Source of the DNA: Ostreococcus tauri
Taxonomy: Eukaryota
DNA: 11,487 nucleotides
Direction: 5' to 3'
NCBI GenBank assembly: GCA_000214015.2
Contig: CAID01000015.2
Span: forward strand, 370,371 to 381,857
Positions 4,983 through 11,487 of this stretch are shown one piece after another. Made by a program: the position numbers and the translations under genes. The notes beneath the pieces are model-generated. The model did no database searches. It saw only the letters and a program-made list of their open reading frames with translations, and was not told the origin of the DNA. Each line of letters begins with the position of its first letter. The stretch's first letter is position 1.

Positions 4983-6704
4983 ATGCCTCCCGTCGAGCTC
5001 CCGGTGCTAGATTATGGCGACGTCGGGTCCGATTCCGACTCCGAGCGCGCTTCATCGGACTCTGAGACAGACAAATCGTTCACGTCCCGTTCCAACGCGC
5101 TCGCGGAGGATTCCGACCCAAAGCCGCGAGAGGAAACGATCGTCGATCCACTCGTCGCTTCGAGAAAGCTCGCGTTCGTCGAGCGATGTTTCATCGACGA
5201 TAGCGTCAATACGTTCGTCGATGAGATTTCAATGCTTCGATCGTGCGCGGAGGCGGCGCTGAGCGAGCGAGAGTTCCGGGACGCCTGCGCCGAGCGCGCG
5301 CGCGGGACGACGAGCGGGACGCGGTGCGGATGGCCGATGTGTCGATCGAACGCCTCGAACGCGTCGCCGAACGCGTCAGCGAGCAAGGTATTCGACATAG
5401 ATGGCACGGCGCGAACGGTGCGAGAGACGTCGTGGACGCGGTCATTTTGTTCCAAGGCGTGCGTGCACGCGGCGGAGGCGTTTGGCAGGCGGCTCGCTCA
5501 GGGACGGGCGCTGAGCGCCGAGGAGGGCGCGGCGAGGGCAGGTGTCGGGTATCTCGACGAGGCAAAGGTGATGAAATCGACGGTGAAGGAGCGCGAGGTC
5601 ACGAGATCGACGAGGGAAACGTTTGAGGCGCCGAAGACGCGCTCAGAGGCGATGGCGAGCGCGGCGGCGGTGGACGGGTACGTCCCTCGAACGGCAAGGA
5701 AAGCGATCGAGGAAGAGAAGAATCGGGAGAAAAAGATCGCCAAGACACAGGCACAAAAAAATCTCTCCACGATCGATCGACCAACGTCGGTGACGTGGAA
5801 CGAGACCGAGATTCAGGCCATCGAGCAGGAGGCTGCGGAGCGAAAGACGACCTCGGTGGACGAGCCCGCCGGGGTGTTTTATTTCGACACCTACGCCGAG
5901 GGGCAGAAAAAAGCCGGTGAAAAAGGGTTCGTCCCGAGCATTGGAGGGCGATTTAGCGAGGGACAGCTGCGCACAGAACCGAGAACGGCGGCGGACGAGG
6001 CTACCAAGGCGATGGAAAAATTGCTCCTGGAGGCGGATGCAAGCGTGGAAGACGCGCCTACGAGCGTCGCCGAGCCCGAGGACGTCGCCGAGGTCACGCG
6101 AAAGATGCTCGCGTCCGCGCTCACATCGAAACCGATTCCAGGATATGCCGATAGCGATGAGGACGAGGACGAGGATATCGGGATGAGCGGCACTTCCGAT
6201 TCGGAGGGATCGGTGGACTTGTCATCTTCCGCGCCACAGATTTCACAGTTTGGCGTCACGTGGATGGCTGTCGACAATTTAGTCACGGACGCGACGTTCG
6301 CGCTCGTCGACGGCGACGGTGCCTTCGTGGATATCCTTCCACTTCGTAACAGATACACCGTTTCCGTCAGCGAGGCGTGGAACGAAAGCTTGGCCAAGGT
6401 GGTTCCGTCTCTGTGCTTGACGCTTGACATCAGCGGCGAAAAGCGAAGAATCGAACAAAATCTGACGACGCTCCTGCGAACGTTCGCGTTCGAAAGACCG
6501 GTTCCGGAGTTCAGTCGCGCGCGTTGGATGATGATGGCGCTATTATTCATCGAAATGTTGATCGACGCAGACCTTTTGAGCAAAGAGATGCTCGGCAAAG
6601 CAGTTGCTGAGGGAGCAAAAATGATCTTTGCAGACGCTGAGGCAACAAAAGAGGAAGTGACTTTGCTTCGTCAGCGTCTTCGTGGCGAGGGCGTTCGAGA
6701 TTAG
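4983..6704 (+). CDS. RPAP2: RPAP2/Rtr1-family protein (RNA polymerase II CTD phosphatase with an RTR1-type zinc finger), 573 aa
   Basis: The zinc-finger signature RCGWPMC ... SFCSKACVHAAEAF (C-x4-C ... C-x3-H) matches the Rtr1/RPAP2 motif pattern CGYPLC ... CS..C/H. The N-terminus is acidic and Ser-rich, and the C-terminal region is long. The start was set to ATG 4983 because the upstream part of track ORF 4671.. overlaps the CBS gene, which stops at 4909. Confidence 0.8.
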   Translation: MPPVELPVLDYGDVGSDSDSERASSDSETDKSFTSRSNALAEDSDPKPREETIVDPLVASRKLAFVERCFIDDSVNTFVDEISMLRSCAEAALSEREFRDACAERARGTTSGTRCGWPMCRSNASNASPNASASKVFDIDGTARTVRETSWTRSFCSKACVHAAEAFGRRLAQGRALSAEEGAARAGVGYLDEAKVMKSTVKEREVTRSTRETFEAPKTRSEAMASAAAVDGYVPRTARKAIEEEKNREKKIAKTQAQKNLSTIDRPTSVTWNETEIQAIEQEAAERKTTSVDEPAGVFYFDTYAEGQKKAGEKGFVPSIGGRFSEGQLRTEPRTAADEATKAMEKLLLEADASVEDAPTSVAEPEDVAEVTRKMLASALTSKPIPGYADSDEDEDEDIGMSGTSDSEGSVDLSSSAPQISQFGVTWMAVDNLVTDATFALVDGDGAFVDILPLRNRYTVSVSEAWNESLAKVVPSLCLTLDISGEKRRIEQNLTTLLRTFAFERPVPEFSRARWMMMALLFIEMLIDADLLSKEMLGKAVAEGAKMIFADAEATKEEVTLLRQRLRGEGVRD

Positions 6705-6752
6705 TAGGAGTAGTGATAGTATGTTAATGAATCGTTTCGTCGTCGACTAGAT

Positions 6753-7928
6753 CTATACCGCGTTTGAGGCGTCACGAAGGGGCTCGCGAGGCGACTCTGT
6801 CGCCTTCTCACTTGTCGCAGAGCTCTCCTCGGGTGAGAACATCGGTGGCGGCGTTCCAAGCGGGGACGCTCCGATGGGTGATGCGGATAAACCTGAATCC
6901 AAGCGTTCGAGCCTCAATGTCGCCATTGATGCCGTCGCAACGGCAACAGGCGATGGAGAGGGAAGTTCGGTGGGCGGCGGCGTAGGCGTCGCCGACAGCG
7001 CCTCCGTCTTCGTGTCTTCGGCGAAGCACTCTGCAATGATCGCCTCGACGTCAGCTTTCCCATCCGTGTGGTACAAAATACGCTCGATAACTATTTTGAG
7101 CGCATTACTTTCAAACTCGGGACGTTGGCACACGAACTCTACGTCCTGAAGCTTCTCAAAGTAAAACTCTCTCTCTTGTTCGGCGCGTTCGACTTGCAAC
7201 TTCAGTGCCGCGTTGGCCTCGGTGAGCTCGCGCGTTCTCGCCGACGAGCTCGCGTTCGCGCCGTCAACTGCACGAGAGTGATGACGAACGTGCTCCACTC
7301 CTCGCTCGCTCGTCGTACTTGCCGTCGTCGTCTCGCGCGCGTGGTGATCTCGTCTCACCGCCGGTCGTCGCTCCCGCGGCGCCGCCGTCGCCTGCGGCCG
7401 TCTCGCGAACGAAGCCCCACCTCTCGCCCCCGCTCGGCGTTCCTCCGCGTCGTACGATCCACACTCCTCCCTGCACCCACCACCCGTGGCGGTGTCGTAG
7501 TAACACTTCATCCACTGTAAAAACTCCAGGTTATCCAGCGGTCTCGCCTTGACCAACTTTTGCACCTCGATATTCTTCGCGATGTTCAACTTTTCAAACA
7601 CCGCCTGTAAAATCTTATAGTTCGCCACGAACTCATGCTCAGACCTCGCCTCAAAGTTCACCCGCCGCATCGGCACCACGTTCGACGTCCGGTGCGCCGC
7701 ATCGAGGATCTGGCAGTAGATGGCGCCGCTCGCGCACTGCTCCACCTTGCTGATGTTCACATCCAGCAGCGCATTCACCCACGCCACGAGTTCGCTCCGT
7801 CCAACGAAGAACGCCGGGGCCATCATGCCCGTCGTGGACGCCATATCGCTCGACGCGAACGCGCTCGCGCGCGCTCGAGCGCTCGACCGCGCGGCGCCGA
7901 GGGACGACGAATGCGTCGACGGCGCCAT
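6753..7928 (-). CDS. EB1: Microtubule plus-end binding protein EB1 (CH domain plus EB1 C-terminal coiled-coil domain)
   Basis: The CH domain reads GRSELVAWVNALLDVNISKVEQCASGAIYCQILDAAH...VNFEARSEHEFVANYKILQAVFEKLNI...LVKARPLDNLEFLQWMKCYYD. The EB1 domain reads REFYFEKLQDVEFVCQ. The first ATG is at 7928. ATG 7844 (MASTTGMMAPAFFVGRSELVAW) gives the N-terminal length typical of EB1 and fits the TATA position better. Confidence 0.9.
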   Translation of the reverse strand: MAPSTHSSSLGAARSSARARASAFASSDMASTTGMMAPAFFVGRSELVAWVNALLDVNISKVEQCASGAIYCQILDAAHRTSNVVPMRRVNFEARSEHEFVANYKILQAVFEKLNIAKNIEVQKLVKARPLDNLEFLQWMKCYYDTATGGGCREECGSYDAEERRAGARGGASFARRPQATAAPRERRPAVRRDHHARETTTASTTSERGVEHVRHHSRAVDGANASSSARTRELTEANAALKLQVERAEQEREFYFEKLQDVEFVCQRPEFESNALKIVIERILYHTDGKADVEAIIAECFAEDTKTEALSATPTPPPTELPSPSPVAVATASMATLRLERLDSGLSASPIGASPLGTPPPMFSPEESSATSEKATESPREPLRDASNAV

Positions 7929-8104
7929 TCGACGGTTCGTTTCGTTCCCCTTTTATACCCGCACGCACTCGGACACACGGCTCGTATACAATATAGTATA
8001 CACCGATATACACAAAAACGCGTCCATTCGACGGTTCATCTCGGGCCGCGGTGTATATATGCACACATTCGGACAAACGGCTCGTATACACACATATATA
8101 GACG
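7925..8104. repeat. Degenerate tandem duplication (period about 99-100 bp) within the EB1/SET bidirectional promoter
   Basis: The 14-mer ccattcgacggttc occurs at 7925-7938 and 8024-8037 (14/14). The segment tcggacaCacggctcgtataca at 7969-7990 matches tcggacaAacggctcgtataca at 8069-8090 (21/22). Both units carry TATA-like runs at equivalent offsets. The interior between the anchors has diverged. Confidence 0.8.
7950..7957 (-). promoter_or_regulatory. TATA box TATAAAAG upstream of EB1
   Basis: The minus strand reads gggTATAAAAGgggaacgaaacgaaccgtcgaATGg. The first T of the box is 29 nt upstream of ATG 7928. This is one of the few AT-rich islands in the window. Confidence 0.55.
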
Positions 8105-8156
8105 TGTCTGCACGAAGAAATACCCGCGGACGCGCCCCACGGCGCGCCGCCGCCCC

Positions 8157-9464
8157 ATGGCGCGCCCGCGCGCGCTCGGCGGCGCCGCCGCGCCGCGAGC
8201 GATGGTGACGAAGACCCCCGATCGCGTCGGTGGACGCGCGATGACCGCGACGCGCGCGATCGGGCGTGGTGAGCTCGCGTTCGTCGATGTGGATTTTCTC
8301 GATTTCGTCCCAACGCGCGGACGCGGGTCCACGGCGCGCGCGTGCGCGCGTTGCGGACGCGACGACGACGAACGATCGATCGTGGAGACGTTGCGGGCGA
8401 TCTCGCGCGAGGGGCGATGCGGGGGGGATGTAGGGGGTGATTGGGTGACGTGCGCGCGATGCGGGCGCGGCGACCGGGACGGCGACCGGTTCGGGACGCG
8501 TCGCGTGGTGACGGGAGACGCGAATGCGCGAGAGGACGAGCGAGCGATCGAAGAATTGGCGAAACGGATGATGCTGCGAGATCTCGCGCGAGGGAAAGGG
8601 GTGTTGGGAGGTGCGGGAGGCGAGGCGCGCGGCGACGTCGAGGCGCTTTGGAGACGCGTCGAGGCGTTCGGGACAAAGCACCACGACGCGCGGTTGCTCG
8701 ACGACGGGTTCAGAGGACGAGCGAGTGAGAACGCGAAGGATGTACGCGAACGGTTCGAGCGCGAGTTCGGTGCGAAGTTGACGGATGCATGTGACGTGAG
8801 CGAGGACGCGTTTTTGGAGGCGCTGTCGAAAGTGGCGCTCAACGCGCTCGAGGTGAAGATCCCGAGCCGCCTCACGCGATTCTTCGCCGAGATGGACGAC
8901 GACGAACGGTACGCATCGCCGAGCGCGAGAAGAGAGATTGTGGATATCCTTCGCGAGATCGTGCGCGTGCGAGGTAAGGAGGTCGACGGGAGCGACGAAG
9001 ACGGGAGCGCCGACTCGGATGACGATTCACAGGAGGACGACGATTCGTCATCAGATGATGATTCAGAGGAGGAGGAGGAGGAGGAAGAGGATGATTCAGA
9101 AGAAGGTGACGAAGTTATGGAGTTCTCCATCGACGGCGTGTCGTTTACGAGCGAACTCTTTCCGCCCACGGAGGGCGTCGTTCTACTCGGCTCGGCGTCG
9201 AACATCAACCACTCGTGCGAGCCGTCGTGCGAGGTCGCCTTCATCCACGACGCCCGCGCGCACGTCATCGCCACGCGTGACATCACAAAGGGCGAAGAGA
9301 TCACGATTTCCTACGTCCCCGGTTCCTGGCCGCTACGTCGTCGAAGAAAAGAGCTCCTCGACCGGTACGGCTTTGCGTGCGACTGCGCCCTGTGCGAGCG
9401 TCAGCTCGCCCTCGCATCCCGCCGTCGCGTTCGCCAGAGAACGACTTCGCGTTGCGACACATAA
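8157..9464 (+). CDS. SET-domain lysine methyltransferase with a split SET (SMYD-like architecture) and a long acidic insert, 435 aa
   Basis: N-SET reads GGRAMTATRAIGRGELAF. A Cys cluster follows: CARCGR...C...CARCG. C-SET reads LLGSASNINHSCEPSCEVAF...ATRDITKGEEITISY. The post-SET-like motif is GFACDCALCE. ATG 8157 (alternative 8202) was chosen because the upstream part of the track ORF is antisense to EB1. A TATATAG motif lies at 8095-8101, about 60 nt upstream. Confidence 0.85.
   Translation: MARPRALGGAAAPRAMVTKTPDRVGGRAMTATRAIGRGELAFVDVDFLDFVPTRGRGSTARACARCGRDDDERSIVETLRAISREGRCGGDVGGDWVTCARCGRGDRDGDRFGTRRVVTGDANAREDERAIEELAKRMMLRDLARGKGVLGGAGGEARGDVEALWRRVEAFGTKHHDARLLDDGFRGRASENAKDVRERFEREFGAKLTDACDVSEDAFLEALSKVALNALEVKIPSRLTRFFAEMDDDERYASPSARREIVDILREIVRVRGKEVDGSDEDGSADSDDDSQEDDDSSSDDDSEEEEEEEEDDSEEGDEVMEFSIDGVSFTSELFPPTEGVVLLGSASNINHSCEPSCEVAFIHDARAHVIATRDITKGEEITISYVPGSWPLRRRRKELLDRYGFACDCALCERQLALASRRRVRQRTTSRCDT
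9066..9083 (+). repeat. (GAG)6 trinucleotide repeat encoding part of a poly-Glu run in the SET protein
   Basis: Direct reading gives gag x6, then gaa gag gat gat. This sits within the acidic tract DGSDEDGSADSDDDSQEDDDSSSDDDSEEEEEEEEDDSEEGDE. Confidence 0.95.
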
Positions 9465-9566
9465 TTGTCACATCAGTAGCATTTTCGCGTGCACCCTCCG
9501 CGCGCCGACTCGCGTCGACTCTTTCTCTCGCTCGACGCCGTCCCGCACTCCACGCCTCTCCAAAGG

Positions 9567-10502
9567 ATGCGGCGCGTCTTCCTCCTCTTCCTTCTTCACC
9601 TCCTCGCCACCCTCGTCACGGCCGATCGCGTCCATCTTCCTCACGATTATCGAGACGAACGCCTGGACGACGACGACGACGCTTTGCAACGAGAGGAATC
9701 CATCGATTATTTCTCATCCAGAAGATTCCACGGCGTCGACGCCGCCGACGGCGGCTCGAGCGGGTGGATTGAAAAAATCAGCGATTCGCCTCGAGCGTAC
9801 GTCTTTCGCGAGTTTCTCACCGACGCGGAGTGCGATCGGGTGATCGAACGGGCGTATCCCACGATGGAGGCGTCGGAGGTGACGGATGACGACTCGGGCG
9901 AGGCGCGCCCGGACGACGCGCGGAGCTCCATCGGCGGATGGGTCTCGGGCGATGACGATGAGGTGATACGGAACATAGAACTGAGAGCGTCGACGTGGGC
10001 GATGTTACCGATGAATCGTGGAGAGACGATGCAAGTGTTGAGGTACGAGAAGGGACAGAAATACGACGCGCACGACGATTTCTTCCACGACGAGCACAAC
10101 GTGAAGAATGGCGGACAGCGTGTGGCGACGATTTTGATGTACCTCAGCGACGTCGAAGAGGGTGGAGAGACGGTTTTTCCGTTGGGGACGCCTCTGGGAG
10201 GGAGAGATCCGGAGAAGAGCGGGGTGACGGGGGATAACGCGTGCGAGCTCGCGAGTCAAAACGACCCGCGGGTGTTGGCGGTGAAACCGCGGCGCGGGGA
10301 CGCGCTTCTCTTCTTCAACGCGCATTTGAGCGGTGAAATGGATGAAAAGGCGAATCACGCCGGTTGTCCGGTCAATCGTGGGACGAAGTGGACGATGACG
10401 CGCTGGCATCGAGTTGGAGCGATCGGTGTCGGAACGTTCGCGTCGGATCCGAAAGCAACCAGCGACTCTGAACAGCCACATGCGCCCGCGGGAGAGCCTT
10501 AG
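9567..10502 (+). CDS. P4H: Prolyl 4-hydroxylase alpha-like 2-oxoglutarate/Fe(II) dioxygenase with an N-terminal signal anchor, 311 aa
   Basis: The N-terminus MRRVFLLFLLHLLATLVTA is signal-like. It is followed by PRAYVFREFLTDAECDRVI, the RSS.G motif, MQVLRYEKGQKYDAHDDFF (H-x-D), GGQRVATILMYLSDVEEGGETVFP, GDALLFFN, the distal His in NHAGCPV, and GTKWTMTRW. Together these form the plant-type P4H pattern. The track ORF start at 9489 is GTG; the first ATG, at 9567, precedes the signal peptide. Confidence 0.85.
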   Translation: MRRVFLLFLLHLLATLVTADRVHLPHDYRDERLDDDDDALQREESIDYFSSRRFHGVDAADGGSSGWIEKISDSPRAYVFREFLTDAECDRVIERAYPTMEASEVTDDDSGEARPDDARSSIGGWVSGDDDEVIRNIELRASTWAMLPMNRGETMQVLRYEKGQKYDAHDDFFHDEHNVKNGGQRVATILMYLSDVEEGGETVFPLGTPLGGRDPEKSGVTGDNACELASQNDPRVLAVKPRRGDALLFFNAHLSGEMDEKANHAGCPVNRGTKWTMTRWHRVGAIGVGTFASDPKATSDSEQPHAPAGEP

Positions 10503-10585
10503 AACGCGTTTAGACAATCACACAATGCTATCGTTACTACAATTCTTCTAGATGTGTCGATCAATCAGTTCACGAGTCCTCGATA

Positions 10586-11487
10586 TCATCGCAGCGGCTT
10601 CTCAAACTCGGAGAGCATCTTGAAGCCTTTCTGAGCTTCAGCGATGGCCATCTCTTCCATCACTGCGGCGCGTTCTTGACGCCGCGCCAGCGCGACGCGA
10701 GCGTCGGTGATACGCGCGAGTAGTTCGCGATGTACTTCTTCCAGGGCGTCGAGCTGACCAAAACTCAATTGCTCGATGTCGACGCCGAGAACGTGACCGC
10801 AGTTCACGCCAGACGCGCACGCCTCCAAATGAATCGCGTCCATTCTCTCCGTCGCTCGAACGACCCAGTCAAGAGCGGACCAGTCCGGCTCGACTTCAGC
10901 TGTGAAGATTTCGCGATCCCAATGAGGGATCAATCGCTCAGGTTTCGCGAACTCAGTCATCCGCGGTTGGGCCCGGACTCGCACCGGAGGGACGCCTTCA
11001 GACGAGTGCACCGCTTGCGGTACTTGCGACCAAGCGGAAGCCAAGCGCGACTGCACAGGTAGTTGCATCGATGCCTCATCTAAATCACTCTCGGAGGCGT
11101 CAACTCGCGCTTGCTCCGAAAACTGCGGCATGATCATGTCGCTATGATCCATGGGCTTCTTTGGCACCACTTCGGAAGCCCACTCGGGCTCATCGTCATC
11201 TGCATCGGGCAACGCCGTAGTGTTGACCGAAGAATGCTCGTCTCGTGCTCCCTCGCTATGACCGCCGCGTTCGCGTTGTAAGTTTGCAATAGCTGAAAGC
11301 AGCTGAAAGCCGCATCCGCGTGAAAGATCGATCTGGATCTTGCGATCCTCGATATCATAGATGTTCGAGTCAAGAGTCTCCGAGGACACGGACGCCGATC
11401 TTTCCTTGAGCACCGACGGGGGACTTTCTTCTATGTTTCGCCAATTCACCGAGGACTGTTCATTCTCCGCTCTCTCCTTCGCGAGCC
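10586..11487 (-). CDS. Hypothetical protein, 5'-partial (the reading frame stays open to the right window edge)
   Basis: A 287-aa ORF has an acidic, Ser-rich N-terminal part and a C-terminal helical region (ELLARITDARVALARRQERAAVMEEMAIAEAQKGF). The track start at 11449 is GTG, and the frame remains open upstream (LAKEREAENEQSS) to position 11487, so the true start lies outside the window. No family was recognised. Its GC content is lower than that of neighbouring genes. Confidence 0.6.
   Translation of the reverse strand, partial: LAKERAENEQSSVNWRNIEESPPSVLKERSASVSSETLDSNIYDIEDRKIQIDLSRGCGFQLLSAIANLQRERGGHSEGARDEHSSVNTTALPDADDDEPEWASEVVPKKPMDHSDMIMPQFSEQARVDASESDLDEASMQLPVQSRLASAWSQVPQAVHSSEGVPPVRVRAQPRMTEFAKPERLIPHWDREIFTAEVEPDWSALDWVVRATERMDAIHLEACASGVNCGHVLGVDIEQLSFGQLDALEEVHRELLARITDARVALARRQERAAVMEEMAIAEAQKGFKMLSEFEKPLR

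Noticed and set aside
5891-6598. 235-aa minus-strand ORF inside the RPAP2 gene, and 3847..4464 (-) inside the CBS gene, and 10005..10517 (-) inside P4H
   Set aside because: All three are antisense to genes with recognisable domains. They have no motifs of their own, and their composition is consistent with mirror-frame artefacts.
7635-8156. N-terminal 174 codons of track ORF 7635..9464
   Set aside because: This part overlaps EB1 coding sequence on the opposite strand and then crosses the AT-rich promoter. The first codon is not needed, because the SET domain begins just after ATG 8157/8202.
8036-9304. 422-aa minus-strand ORF (and the overlapping ORFs 7651..8676 and 7953..8684)
   Set aside because: These are antisense to the SET-domain gene. 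Their content is poly-Ser/Arg low complexity mirroring the sense acidic tract. The sense strand carries the diagnostic NHSCEPS, GEEITISY and CxCxxC motifs.
1-11487. A multi-gene functional system or island (defence, biosynthetic or mobile)
   Set aside because: The gene products are functionally unrelated housekeeping proteins on alternating strands with eukaryotic introns and promoters. No integrase, transposase, terminal repeats or compositional island boundary is visible. Claiming a system would be unsupported.

Overview
This is very GC- and CpG-rich, extremely gene-dense eukaryotic nuclear DNA, not a prokaryotic locus. The tiny intergenic spacers (37-370 bp), short GT-AG introns with CTNAY branch motifs, a nuclear gene for a plastid-type ribosomal protein L6 and an intron-containing tRNA-Tyr suggest a green picoalga of the Mamiellophyceae type (Ostreococcus/Micromonas-like). 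The organism call is inference only. I can support ten protein-coding genes and one tRNA. From left to right they are: a small, putatively spliced membrane-protein gene (-), an ankyrin-repeat protein (+), a small coiled-coil protein (-), plastid ribosomal protein L6 with one intron (+), tRNA-Tyr(GUA) with a 54-nt intron (-), a four-CBS-domain protein with one intron (+), an RPAP2/Rtr1-type RNA polymerase II CTD phosphatase (+), the microtubule plus-end protein EB1 (-), a split-SET (SMYD-like) methyltransferase (+), a prolyl 4-hydroxylase (+), and a 5'-truncated hypothetical gene (-). The functions are unrelated housekeeping genes. I see no operon-like cluster, CRISPR array, transposase/integrase or defence-type architecture, so I do not claim a novel multi-gene system. 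The items worth a second look are small-scale. They include an orphan B-box/tRNA 3'-half-like fragment next to the tRNA gene, a ~100-bp tandem duplication of a TATA-plus-ATG module in the EB1/SET bidirectional promoter, and a three-exon gene the ORF track cannot see, with a perfect 14-nt x4 minisatellite in its intron. Others are a candidate in-frame 39-nt micro-intron and convergent gene pairs with almost no spacer. Many long ORFs in the track are stop-poor antisense artefacts of the GC-rich composition.
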